NCBI GenBank assembly: GCA_035084275.1 | Contig: CM068746.1 | Span: 17,112,001 to 17,176,000 of the forward strand | Source: Hydrolagus colliei | Lineage: Eukaryota | Length of the DNA stretch: 64,000 nt | Direction: 5' to 3' | Notes under the pieces: generated by a model | What the model was told of the DNA's origin: nothing | The model's database searches: none | What the model saw: the letters and a program-made list of their open reading frames with translations, nothing else | Shown here: one piece after another, positions 1 to 13,620 of the stretch | Position numbering within the stretch: the first letter of the stretch is position 1 | Layout of the letters: each line of letters opens with the position of its first letter | Position numbers and translations under genes: made by a program

Positions 1-242
1 TGTCCCCCGAATCCTTCCCCACCATCGGTGGCCATGCCTTCAGCCACTACCCCCCACAAACTCTGGAACTCCCTCCCTCAATCCCTTCGCCTCACCCCCT
101 CCTTTTCCATTTTCAGGTTTCTGTTCGACCGCACCTACAGTCATCTTTCCCCTCCCACTGGCTCGGCCACGGGCTTCACTATTGCGAAGCGCTCTGAGAC
201 GCCATCTGACATGGAGGCTGCTATATAATGCAAGTTTTGTTG
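1..242 (+). mobile_element. L2 3' end fragment
   Basis: PTIGG.AFS...LWNSLP and AAGCGCTCTGAGAC...TATATAATGCAAGTTTTGTTG tail. Confidence 0.8.
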
Positions 243-529
243 TATGAGGCATCCAGTTTAAATTTGACTGTGCTCTCAAAGTTTTTCAGTCAACTGAAGT
301 CAAATTCCTGATCATTACTCAAAGCAAACCATGTGTAGATTTAGTATTTTTCCTTTATACAGTGTATAATATATCTACATATAGAAAGAGAGCACCAATA
401 CTCTTGGGAAAATAGCTCAAGAGCTTTGCAAAGTGTTCTGTAAAGCAAAGTATCGGCAAACACAGCAATTTGTGCACAGCAACGTCACCAAAGCAGGATG
501 TGAATGACCACTCTTTTTAATGAATTTTT

Positions 530-791
530 AACTCGCACTGAGTTGAGGAAAAACTTCTTCACTCGGAGGGTAGTGAATTTATGGAATTCTCTACCCAAAA
601 AGGCTGTAGATGGTCAGTCCTTGAACATATTCAAGACTGAAATTGACAGATTTCTTATGGATAAAGGTATTAAGGGATATGGGGATAAGGCAGCCAGGTG
701 AAATTAGATTAGAAGATCAGCCATCGTCTCATTGAATGGTGGGGAGGAGCCGAATGGCCTACTTCTGCTCCTTATTCTTATGTTCTTATGA
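530..791 (+). mobile_element. CR1 3' end fragment
   Basis: RKNFFTRRVVNLWNSLP...FKTEIDRFL, (TTCTTATG) tail. Confidence 0.85.
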
Positions 792-2155
792 TTGGTACCC
801 AAGATGTCAGGAAAAATTGCCTTCTCTTTATGCCTAATGTCATGGGATCTTCAATGTCTACCTGAACAGATAGATTTCTGGACCTCAATCTAATGTCTCA
901 TTCAAAAAGTGGTATGTCTGCAACATTCAGACACCGGACTGCACTTCCAATACATTTTTAATACAAGTTGAACAAACAATCTACAGCAGCATATTTACAC
1001 CCACGTAGTTTCCAAGGCAATGAAGTCTTTAGCAGTGGTAGGGACAACAATGAGGAAAGTTCAGGTGAGTCCTTGAAAATGAAATCAAGGACATGAAAAT
1101 GAAATGATTTTGTATTGAAAAAAAACTTGACATATACACTAATTTTTCTGTCTTTCCCTATTGCATTAAAAAGCTCAGTATTAGCTGTTGTATATCTCAC
1201 CATTTGATAACCAGAGATTGTCAGCACAGTATAAATGAAAAACCATACTTTCATTTAAAATAAATAATAGAATAAACCTTGCAGTTAATATCGTGCCTCA
1301 TCACATCATCAAGATGTCTCAATCTCAAACTAACTAATTTGATTGAATTAACAACCCTCTGACCCAAAGGCCACATGTGAACAATTGAGCCAAACTGAGA
1401 AATTATTCTATGATTGTTCCTCAATGAGAAATTACTCATGAAATATAGTTTTTGCTGCAGTGATAAAAATAAATTTTATTCAACGTCCGTGATTTTCTTC
1501 AACCAGAATTTTTAATAGTGCACTAAAATAATGTAAAAAAAAGACAAGCTATTTATCAAGGGATTCATTACAATACCAAGTGTTCCATTAAAAATTCAGC
1601 GATACACAAATGAAACACCATATCGACTTAATTGCACAAGATTAACATTTAAAGGAATTCAAATGAGCACTTGATTAAAAAAAAGTTTCTGCAATCTCTC
1701 TTATTTATGTGCATCATTTAATAATATCTTTGCAATGTCCGCAATTTTCGTATTAACCCATTCATAATTTCTAATTTTTCCTAAACTTTACACAACCACA
1801 ACTTGGATTATACGGCTTCTTAATGTATTTTAGACTCGTATTCATAAGCAGGGCTTTGAAAGGTCGATTAACACCAAACTTGCAGTCTCTGACTTAACAT
1901 AAGGGATTTGGATGCAGAAGGACCTTTCGGTCATTCGATACTTTCTTTCCAAACTATCATACCTATCATCTTCCAATTATTCAAGCCATTTACAAAATAT
2001 TTCCAAAAAGCCTTTATGCTGATTGAGTTTTATTCTTCCAAGAGCATGGCAAAATTGCCATGTCTCTCAGCTAGAGTTTAACAATATTTACACAAATGTG
2101 ACATGTTAGTTGTAGAATACACAGGGATTTAGAGGGGTGAAACTAGAACAATGAC

Positions 2156-2417
2156 AATAATAATAATCCTTGCATTTGATAGAGCACTTTTCACATCTTC
2201 TAGACGTCTCAAAGTGCTTCACAGAATATACTGTAAAGTGATTTGACTGTATAATTGTGGGCGAAACACAGCACCCAATTGCGCACAGCAGTGTCCCACA
2301 AACAGTCGTGGATTGCAATGACCGATTGTATTATTGTGGGGTTTTTTGGAGAGATTATTAGTAGGCGCATGGAGTAAGGAAACTTGCCCAGGGTTTCGCC
2401 CTGACCTGCCTGGATGG
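2156..2417 (-). mobile_element. tRNA-derived SINE (Deu-like core, L2 tail), head truncated
   Basis: Same body and (TAA)n tail as the full copies. Confidence 0.85.
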
Positions 2418-3643
2418 AATGGACTAGTTGAGCCAAATATTTTGGTTCCATGCTGTAACTTTCCATGCATTTCTTTGGAACCAGGAGAAGCAGTGCAACT
2501 GTACATAACACAGCGATGAGCAGCAGCAAGTTGCTCCCCAAATCAAAGTGAATTAAACAAAAATCCCCAAGTCAAGACAATGCTAATCCATATCAACCTG
2601 TTACAGTCCTAGACATTCAGAATTATTTATTTCAACTAAGTCGTCAGTTCAAAATCATGGGCTTATTTTGCAATTTATGTGGCTCTCATTCTCCAACCTG
2701 CTCAAAGGATGAAGGAATTTGGTTCTCACAGGATTAACTGAGACTGAAGAGGGAATATGCTTATCACACGTATCATTAATACAGAACTGAGTTGACATTT
2801 TTCCCAGTTTTGTTTCATCGGACCTCTTTTAAAAAAGTCTGAGGAGTTGCATCACAATTTCATACAACAATGTGTATAGGGACAACTTTTTATTTCCTTT
2901 GTTCTTCATGATAAATTTCAGCAACAGAAAGTGACTCAAACCGATACTCTTGCCAAACAATGTTAAAACTGATACACAAAGGGTACATCAGTTGTCCAAA
3001 TATTGAAAATGCAATGGAGGGGTTAAAGATTATAGTCCTTACAAGCATCCTTCTATGCTGGAGGAATTCATCAAGTATTATTCTTATCGGTTACATCATT
3101 GAGGAAATTATCTTGGATTTGCTTTCCTTCTGTCTGCCCTAAAAACAGCATTAAAAAAAAGGCCCCCAAAACTGACATCATCAACCAGGCTTACAGGGAA
3201 ATCTAAAAATATATGTTTTACACAGACACAGTCCTTTGGGAATGTTTTAATTGGTTGGTACTTGCACAACTCTGAAGATCTCACTCTGCTGACAAAAATG
3301 CAACTCGTACTACCTATTGTGTCTTTAAACAGCAACATTCTTCATGTATTTCCATTAGGCTTTGGGCTTTATTTAGATGCATTGCAAATCCAAACAACAA
3401 ATTATTTAAACTGGTAATATCCACAAAAGATTTCTTCATGCAAATTCACAAAACAAAATCCAGACACATGCTTTATCATGATGTTTATTTTACAGAGCAC
3501 TAAGTGAACCAAATCCCAGATTTCTCTCAATGTAGATATTAAAACCCATTTTAAACAGTTGTCTGTCAATTTGCTACCAAATATACAGATATTTGCTGTG
3601 TCAGATTAAAAGTGCCCAGACCATGATTAAAGTGGGTGTGCAG

Positions 3644-4080
3644 TAGGGTCCGGTGATATATCGATATATCGGTTGTATAGATATAATTTTTCATATTGAT
3701 ATGCCGATATCGGATTGTAATATATATATATTTTTTAAAACTTCGAATATGAAAAAATATATCGGTATACCGTAAATATCAGTATATCGTTTCCGGCGAT
3801 ATATTGGTATTATCGGTATAATGCGATCTTTTCCAGCTTACCTTGTCGCCGACATTGCAACCTCCTGAGCCTAGAGCACGGAATGCACATGCACATCGGA
3901 ATGCGCGAGGCACATCGGAATGCGCGCGCACATCGGAATGCGCGCGCACATCGGAATGCGCGCACGCCCCCCCGAATGCACGCGCATGCACAGTATTAAA
4001 AAACTCGGAAATATCGATATATATCGATATGAGCCCACCGATATATCGATATCGGAAAATTTCTATATCGACGGACCCTA
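3644..4080. mobile_element. Non-autonomous hAT MITE, 437 bp
   Basis: TIRs TAGGGTCCGGTGATATA / TATATCGACGGACCCTA, exact 8-bp TSD GTGTGCAG (3636-3643, 4081-4088), GATAT-rich subtermini, internal 18-bp tandem CACATCGGAATGCGCGCG. Confidence 0.9.
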
Positions 4081-4526
4081 GTGTGCAGGTAATACATGCA
4101 ATAAATAGAGCCCATAAGTTTGAATAGCTATTCAGGTGATTACTCGCACCGCAATATTCTGCATAGTCGGAGGTGCGTGCCATGCTTGGAAGAGGTGTTA
4201 AGCGGAAGTTCCATTTATCTGTTCTATCTCAGGTAATAGTTCAAAATGATAGGGAAGTTTCTTCCAGTACGTTTACTCACAATCAATTAACTATTGATTT
4301 ACCTCATATCTTGCCAATATACTCGCTGAACTGCTTAGAGATGTTCCAATGTAGAAAAAAAAGGATGCTGTATATAAACTGAACCAAATATTCTTTAGCA
4401 ATTTTCTGATATTAGTCTTGAATGATATATTTACACCAAAGAATGAAAATTTCCAATGGTTTTTTTCCAAACCTTTCAGCACTCAAAGCTGAATTCTATA
4501 AATAAGAAAAACTCTTTGTCCTTAAG

Positions 4527-5309
4527 TAGTGTCTGGCGATATATCGATATATTGGTATAATTTTTCAGATTGATATACCGATATTGGAAATTTGAATATA
4601 TCGGTATATTGAAAAATTCGGTATGAAAAATAAATCGGTATATCTACAAAACATCGGTATATCATCAACAAATCGAAGTAAAGGTGTATATAATCTTATA
4701 AATACACGATACAAATATCAGAAATAGATAACTCCAATGTCTTTACTCGTAAAATAAGCTGCAAAAGACAACTTCGAATTTTCCTACGATCTCATACCGC
4801 ACACCGAAATTACTGTACTTACTGTAACAGTAATTCCAAGCAAAGCACGTGCTCATAATCACAGGACCTGCGCAATCGCGAGAGATGCAGAGTAGAGCTG
4901 TATGTGGAGCATGCGCTGGCGACGACAATACTTACTGAGCTAGCTCGCCGAGTGGAGTTGGGCTAGCCGAGCACGTGCCTACTGCCTACCATTAATGGTC
5001 ATCGACTATTGTCTTTAGAATTTAACCTGCAAGATTAAAGTAAGGCAAGGACAAAACCAAACCCCTGTTTACTCTCTTTATCAACCAAATTCTCTATCGT
5101 ACGAAATTTTTTTGCCATAAATTGTAAAACTCGAGTGCATGATGTATGCCGTGAATAACCATGTGTCAATGATGTACGTCACATAATGAAAACATAAAGG
5201 TTTGGAACCTGAGTAAAAAAAAAACCTGGTGATATGAATATATCGGTATATATTGATATGAGCCCACCGATATATCGTTGTCAGAAAAATTCAATATCAA
5301 CGCTTTCTA
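4527..5309. mobile_element. Related, older hAT non-autonomous element, 783 bp
   Basis: 8-bp TSD TCCTTAAG (4519-4526, 5310-5317), degenerate TAG...CTA TIRs, shares GATATGAGCCCACCGATATATCG with 3644-4080. Confidence 0.85.
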
Positions 5310-6284
5310 TCCTTAAGGATCAGGTATCAATCATCCCTCTGCCCATAACCAGTCGAAATACAAGCAATACTTAGAAGGACATCAACTGTAGCTTTCAAAC
5401 ACAGATTAGGTAGTTTTCTTTTTGGAAATAACATGATGGGATATAATTGTAGTATATTATAGTACTGTACATAGGTAGTTTGGCACACTCATGCAAGCGA
5501 CTGCTGGAAAGGTAAAGGCGAACTAGATGGACTTATTTTTGTCTTATTTTGTCCATCGTTTCTTATGTTCTTATGTCTGTAGCTGAAAATAGCAGCAAAC
5601 GTTCTTCCTGTAAGCTGATTTTACTCCTGTACTAATAATCATTTGCATGTCATGACGCCACAGGTTTCGCAACGATTCAGAAAGAAACACACTTGGATGG
5701 TCTTTTCTCATTTCCTGCTTTCTTAGGTTATTAACCCAAAATGGCTCATTTAAGTCACTTAGGATCTCATATTCAATTTAGGTTACTCAATTTCAGCAAA
5801 AGCCACCAAGACTATTGTTATTAGCAGTAATAACGAAAGACATTAACTATGGTAACTGTCATATTTTAATGTCACTGGAATCCTTTCTGCAACATATATT
5901 TTGTGAATGACCACTCCTACGTCCATTCTCATTGCGACAATTAGACCCCAGATAGATAGGAGCACTGACTGAAAATGTCTACACACTTGTCACTTGGGGC
6001 GACATATTCCAGCACCTCTTGCAGTGCTCCTAACATTTTCTAACACATTTTTAAAAATGCTTAGACTCTGCTCAAAAATAATATTTGCACCTTATCAAAG
6101 GATATCGAAATTGATCACAAACATGAATCAATATGAAAAGAAACTTAAACTGAATCTGCAGTAACCATGCTCTGCTTACAGCAATAATAAGGTTTCATTG
6201 ACACTTAAGCACATAAGTTTTCCCAAGAGTCAAAACAAAACATAGCACTACAATATTCGGGCAACATAAAACTAGTGCATTGAT

Positions 6285-6593
6285 GATGATAATAATAATA
6301 ACCCTTGCATATGATACAGCGCTATTCACATCTCAAAGCGCATCACAGAATATACTGTAAAGTGAATTGACTATATTTGTGGGCGAAACACAGCAGCCAA
6401 TTGCGCACAGCTTTGGCTCACAGACAGTCGTGGATTGCATGATCAAATTATTATTGTGTTTTTTTTTTAAAAAAGGAATTATTATCAGTCGTTTGGACTA
6501 AGGAAACTTGCCCAAGGTTTCGCCCAGCCTGGAATTGAACCAAGATCTCTCGCTTCTGAGGCGAGTGCTCTAACCGCTAAGCTACAGGACTCC
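6285..6593 (-). mobile_element. tRNA-derived SINE, full length
   Basis: GGAGTCCTGTAGCT head, A/B boxes, L2-like tail. Confidence 0.9.
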
Positions 6594-9500
6594 TTGATAG
6601 CAGCAAGATCATCACCAATGTAATTTGGAAAGAGTTTTGTTTGTTCATCAAATCCTTTCCATGTCTGAAATCCCACGTGCTGCTGAAAAGAATATACTTT
6701 TAAGCATAATTTGGTTAAAAGGCTTAAAAATTTAATAAACCACACAATTCTTAAGTTTTGTATGCACCACGTATGCAGAAGATTATTTTACTGGGACCAA
6801 ATTAAATGTGGTGGAATGAACACAAAGAAATGATTCTGCCACTAGCATTGTATTTATCTTCTGTGGTACTGTATTCAGCTGTCATGGTATTCACTGTATG
6901 CTGATCACAATAAATTGCATTGGCTTGCAATGTACTTCAGAGTACCTTAACACTTACCAAACCAATGATTGTAGGAAATGAAATTCAGCTCAGAGATAGA
7001 ATTGCAGGGGGTGCGCGGGGGGTTTCTAGAGAGTAAGTGAAGTTTGTGTAGTGATCATAAAAGAGACCCTCTGGGTTGTCTAGATCATTGCCGTACAACT
7101 TCCACTGATGCTGCACAAACTGCAAGCGCTGCAATAAAGCACAACTAAAGAGGTTGCTTAAAATTGAAGGTTTGACCTCAGGTCAGAATTGTTGAAACCT
7201 ATTAATGTTTAGCTTTCCGCTCAGATAGGATTTTAGGATGTATCTATACATAGCAAAAGCTGAAGAGAGCTAATAAATTCAGGCTAGACATACTAGACAA
7301 CATAATACAAAGCATCTCATTAAACATGTTACATCAAAGCTCAGTTTATTCCTGTTTTTTTGCCCAATATCAAGAAAACCTTTTGAGCAGAAGTCATGAG
7401 ATTGCGATGAGGATGAGAAATCCTGACTGATTATTCCCACTTCCTAACCCTGCAACAATCTAGCATAGATTTTATGCCTTTCACATACCCCAATGAGACC
7501 CGAGTTTTGGGGCAGTGGGGGGGGATGGGGAGAGGTCGGGAGCTGACCAAATGTAGCACCCCAACTACTACTCAGTTCATAAGAAAGGTTCAGATAAAAA
7601 AGGCCTATTTGATTTCCTCCTTCCAGAATACCCACTCTACCATCTTCCCACTAGAGCAGCAAGTCTTTTTTTTGTGAAAGAAACCAGTGTCCTGGTCCCA
7701 ACCAGCTACTCTGGTAACTTGTTTTGCCCAAGCCAGCAAAGACCGTGAATCACCTTGTTGCCTTCTGGTTATTATAGCCTGGGGCGATCTCTGAAATTTT
7801 TGTAAACTGTATAGACGAGGAATCGTGAGGACACTTATTTGAAATATACATTCAAGGGCTGTACACTGGAACTCTGGCACAGTATGACAGAATTAGCAAA
7901 CCTGCCATTTTTGCCTATGAGCTCCAAATTAGGACAGGTGCCAAATAGAGATGAAAAATGTCCCCCAAGGGAAAAAAAAATCAAAGCCTCTCCTGGCTGC
8001 TTCTGTCCACCTCGAAGCAACTGATTATAGAGCAACATGAGCAGATGTCTAGAAGCAGGTCAGCTACCCATCTCTTTGCTAGGATGTGGCACACAGCAGG
8101 CAGCACCTCAATGGGAAACCAGGAGAAAATATTTAAAGATTACTCACTGAAAACAAACCATGCAAGAGACAGCTGATGACTGTTGGAAGCTGCTCTTTAA
8201 GCATTCCACTTTGCAAACTGGAATTAATCTGATTGATCACTCCTACCTCTCAAGTCGGAGCATTCAAATTCAGGACATAAAAGCTGCGGAAACACAGCAG
8301 GGTGTGATTTTCAACAAAAAAAACACATGCACATTCAATAAAGGAACCTTTTGTATTTAAAGGGAACAAAGTTATAAAGCCTCGAATATTTTGTTGTACA
8401 AATCAGGCACAGGATTTTCATACTCAGTATAGTAATGGGATGCTCCAATTTGCAGGTTGAAAATAGCTGTTCTTAGGATTTCAAATAATTTATTTTTATC
8501 TATATTTCAATAGGTAAATAGCTAAGGTATTAATTGCAACACAACAATAGCATCAAACACAATGTCACCATTGTTAAACTGATCAGAAATTGTTATGAAC
8601 AGTGCACACAATGTGAATAGCACCATTTCACAAATTGTTCAAATTTGTCATCAAACTTTGAGTTAAAGGCGTTAAAAATTGGAATAAGAACCTTAGAATA
8701 AAAATCGCTTAAAGTCCTTACAAGTTACTTTATTGTGCACCAGTTGACAGAATGGTAGAATCTTGATCTCTTTCCTTGTGTTTAGGAACACCAACACCCC
8801 CACCCCACCCCCACCACCCACCACCCCCAAACAAATCACAATCTCTTTGAAAGTATATATAATCTTTCATTAATTACAGATCAATGTTAAAAGACAGAGA
8901 AAGCAATAACATTAAAACTAGGATAAAGGAAACACATTTTATGTTTTCATTTAATTGCAGCTGTTTGTGAAGCACAGTTTCGTAATAAACAGAATTAAAA
9001 TCAGACTCCAGAGATGAGAGGAATTTAAAATGACATGGCAGTGTAAAAATCACATTCACAACAGATATAACAAGAAACATTGTAAATTGTGATGCAGTAA
9101 AACATGCCAGTGTTAAAACAAATTCAGTGGTCAAGAAGTTTAAACAGCTGGAAATTAAGTGTTTAATTCAACTCCAAAAATTCAAAACAAAATCAACCCA
9201 AAGATATTCTGCCAGGGTTCTTTCTCTCCTATTGTTCAAAATGGAAATTGGGAAGAGAAGACATACAATTTCCCTTCTAACCATAGGGAAGTGCTTTGCC
9301 TTTACTCAATCAACACTTCTCCAGAAAACCTTAACAACCACAAAATTGAAGCTTGCAATACAATGGCACTTGTAGTGGAAACTGGGCAACTCTGAACCTA
9401 CTGGCGAATATCCAGCTCCACTGTAGCTTAACATAGCATTAACATGTTAATTAACCAATTATCATCAAAGTTAATAACCTGATCAACACAGAAATGAGAC

Positions 9501-11885
9501 TTGTTAGTTTTGGTAACAGCAGTGGTGGCTGTTCCATGCAGACCAGATGTGGAAAACCAAAGCTTCTGGAGTTACTGAGGAAGAATAACCTGTGGTGCAA
9601 AAGCCAGAATGAATCCACCCAATCCTGCTGGAAACTGACAGAAAGTATATCTGACACATGTCGCCTCTTCAAGTGGGTTTAAGAGCAGAGATTGCACAGA
9701 TACTGGACAGTACTGCTGACATTCATTCTAGAGGTTAGAGAAGACATTCAGAACTGGCCTCAACTTGGTGGATGGATATCTCGAGCAGCTGCGAAACAAG
9801 ATTGTGCAAGGCCTGGGACTACACAAACAGGGTGCTACTTCTCAAGTTGGTAACCAACCTGTAATGCTGCTGATTTGAGAAGCCACAAACCACATCTTTG
9901 AAAGTCTTCTATTGAGGACATCAAATCTTGAGAAATGGTTCAATTTATTGTGCTTAACCGGACAGGCAGAACTCAAGTGTGTGGCACTGATTCCTCCCCG
10001 CATTAAAACTGCATTCACAATTATACTGCTTGTGTCTGAGAATCTCAAGGGCAGCAACAAATAAGTACTCAGTGTAAAGGTATTCAAGGGTTTTGATGGG
10101 GCAACAAGATTCAAAATATAGGGCTACATTAAAATACTTCTTGTTTTTAAAATAGTATAAGTATTTGGATTGAAAGAAAAATTATTTTGTATCAAGCAAT
10201 GAAGTGATTCTAAATATTGCAATCCCCCCTCCACCTCCTCCCTAACCAACTCCCTTTAATTTGTGTTTGATATAATTACTTCAGGTTCCTCTAATTTACC
10301 CAACCGCATTTTTTTTAAAAGACACTATTATTTGGGGGAGTAGATAGATGCATTCTAAAACCATGACAACCAACAGCAACTTGCATTTACATAGTGCTAT
10401 TCATGTGGAATAGGGTCTCAGAGCACTTAAATTAAAGCACAGGGTTTGAAATTCTTCCTGTTGTTAATGTAACAACTTGCTGATGTGCTGAAGAAAATCC
10501 CATTGTAAAAACATTCAACATTGCTAGACAAAGCATCTTGACCATGAAGTGCACAAGTTAAAAATGTGGATGCATAACCTCATCAAGAGTCTTGACAAAC
10601 AGGCCCATCACAGCAGGTTAAAGGAGAAAAAATGCCTCAAAGCGCCTCATGGGATTTAGGAAAGTATAGTGACTGTTTTGTAAGCGAACGCAGGAGTCAA
10701 TTTGCACACAGCATTGTCCCGTAAACAGTCATGAAGTGAACGATCAAGTTTAATTGGGATATCTTCTGTCTGGAATGAGGGATTTCACAATTTAAGACCT
10801 AGGAAGGAGCATATCTATTGTGGCCACATGCCAAGCCATCATGATGAAAATGACCAACACGGCTTTAGAAGATCTGATGCCACAGCAGAATGTGCACGTT
10901 TGTGGTAAATTCCCTGAGGATTAAATTACTAAGTCGTCTGCAGTGATGACTGCTCGTAATGTTTACTATCTGTCATTAGGACACAATTAAACCAATAATT
11001 AAGAAATGGGTCAACAGGAGAAAGGTCCAATTAGTATTTTAGAGCACAAATTCCAGCATTAAGTCTGGCACATTAGTTGGCCTTAATATAACCAAAGCAC
11101 AACAGAAGTGCTGATAGAAAGACAAGCAGTGAATAAACCACTGATGCAGAGGTAATGGCAAAATGGAAGAAGGGAAGCACTCATGTGAACCCAACTTTGT
11201 TAAGTCTAATTTCAATTAAGAAAATGTATTATCTATTTTGCCTTTCAAGGAAGTTTTTTTTTTAAAAAAAGCTCATGCACATCTCGTCATTTCCCGACTT
11301 GCACTCAGGGTGTGTTTTTTTTCAACAAATCACATTTGTGACATTTGACTTTGACAACTATAATCATGGACCTGGGTTCAATCAGAAATTGCTCGGGGGC
11401 TTTTAGGCTCAGCAGAAAACTCCTGGAAAAAAACTCTTACACATGAATGTGCGCAAACAGAATTACAAATCAATTTACTATGTTGGCTGGTGCCCTTAAA
11501 GTGTCAAAATCCAATAACAGCAATATTACTGTTTCAGAAACAAAACAATCTTCTGATCAACCAAGCAGCAAGCGACCTGCCTTATCTGCACATGAATTGT
11601 CTCTATAATTCCTTAATAAGTAGGGTGTGTCTGGTGAAACACTGCAAACGATCAGTGTCACATATCTCAAAGACCCGCCTTCAAACACAAAAGACTGGGT
11701 GATGAAGATTTTTAGTTTCAAAAGAATCCTTGAAGAAGAAAATCAATTCAACATTGCTAGAAAGCCCATTAGGCAAAGATGACTTACAGAAGTTAACAAC
11801 AACATTTAAAAAAAAAAGTATATTGTTCTCTTCCAATATACTATATATATATATATATATATAGATATATATACACACATATACA

Positions 11886-12269
11886 TACACAGTAAAAGCT
11901 TGGTTATCCGGCACCCAACCAACACCAACCAGAACGCTCAACCAACCAGTATCTCCCAATACAATTCACCATTCCAGTAACCAGATCTCATACAGGAGCC
12001 ATCTGGTATACTCACTTATTAAGCTTACCGAACGTTGGAATTTTTATTTCACTGAACATTTTACCGAGTGTGCTGGAATGCTTTATTTGGTAAGCATCCA
12101 TACAATATTCTGTTATTATTTTGTCTATTATTAACATGGTATGTTTTAATATAAGTTTAATATTTTTGTGTAGGATGTTTGGCAACTTGCCACTCGAATA
12201 TCCGGCATATTTGATTAGCCGGCATCGGGCAGGTCTGAGGGTGCCGGATAATAAAGCTTTTACTGTGTA
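11886..12269. mobile_element. Tc1/mariner (Tigger-like) MITE
   Basis: TIRs TACACAGTAAAAGCTTGGTTATCCGGCACCC / GGGTGCCGGATAATAAAGCTTTTACTGTGTA with TA termini. Confidence 0.8.
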
Positions 12270-12659
12270 TACAAAATCAATATTGGCAGATGAACTGCAG
12301 GTAAAGAGGAAACACTGCAAAAAAAAATTAAGTTGAATACAAGACAATTGACTATGCGCTGGCACATTTCCCCAGAAAAACTGTCAAAATACTTCCAATA
12401 TATTCTGTGAAGCACTTTGAGACGTCTCATTGATGTGATAAGACATGATATCAAATACAAGGATTATTATTAGTATTATTATTATCACGACTGCCCTGTA
12501 ATAATGCATTTGCTATTTCGAGTTTCTCCTCCTAGCTAGGTTCAAATTTGTACTCGGATCCTCAAAACATCAAATTTGTATTCGGATCCTCATAAAATCT
12601 TAAACAGTCGCCCGATACTCAGTTGTGAGATTCTGGTAATTTATATTCTGGAAATTCAG

Positions 12660-12990
12660 TTTGGTGCAGTGTTGAGGGAGACTGTTGTGCTGGCAATGTA
12701 TTCCTTCAGATGAAACATTAAATTGAGTTTGCGCCTGCCTGTTCAGTTGGAAGTTAAAGATCCCATAACACTATTTGAAAAGAATAGGGAGTTTTTTCTG
12801 GTATCCTGGTTAACAATTCCCCGGACAACATCGATGTTTCACTTCAAGTCTGTTTATGGGACAGTTAAATTCGCTGTCGCGCTCACATCCAAATGCAGTC
12901 ATTGCACTCTACAGAAAACACCATGCTGTGAAATGCTTTGATATACTGTATTTCAATGTTAAAAAGTTACTTTATGAAATGCAAGAATTA
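12660..12990 (+). mobile_element. Ancient Deu-domain SINE (SacSINE/AmnSINE-like); similar copies at ~810-950(-), ~42570-42880(-), ~57200-57390(-)
   Basis: GCAGTGTTGAGGGAG...CAGATGAAACATTAAA...AAAGATCCCAT..CACTATTTGAA core, matched from memory of the Deu consensus. Confidence 0.6.
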
Positions 12991-13039
12991 TTACTATTCA
13001 GACTCCTATCCTCATTCCTTGTGAATTAAGAACTACAGA

Positions 13040-13620
13040 AATTACATTGCATGAGACCAGTCAGCTCATCAAACTTCTGCTGGTGTTATCTCCTCCCCTG
13101 GTACTATATTACCATAATTCCAGTTCACCAATCTGTCCTCATACTTTTGGGAAAAAATAATTGCCTAAGGGCTAAGGTTCAAATAACACATTTAGTGAAA
13201 CATACCACAGTCCAATCATCCTCTGTGTGATAAATCAGTTTCTCACCTTAGTTTATACCCCTTGCTATTTATTTGTCAACCTCTTCCACTAAATCTTGCA
13301 CAATTTATCATCTCATAATCTTTCAGGAATTTAAGACCTCGATTTGATCCTCTCTTAACCTTCTGTGCTCAAATGAACACCAACCCAATTTTTCAAGCTT
13401 ATCCTCATAATCATAACCCTCATCCACATGAATCAAGGCCATACTTTCTCCAGGGTCCACAATGTGCTTTTCAAAATAAGACTGCAGACAATCTTGCACT
13501 GAGACACAATCTTGCCTAATCAACTTTTTGCATCATTTTTTAACATTGCTTCCCTACTTTTGTATATTAAAACTCCTAAAAAATATATAAAACCCAGTAT
13601 TCCATTTAGTCATCTATTTT
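13040..13620 (-). mobile_element. Old CR1 fragment
   Basis: LEKLGWCSFEHRRLREDQIEV on the minus strand. Confidence 0.65.
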
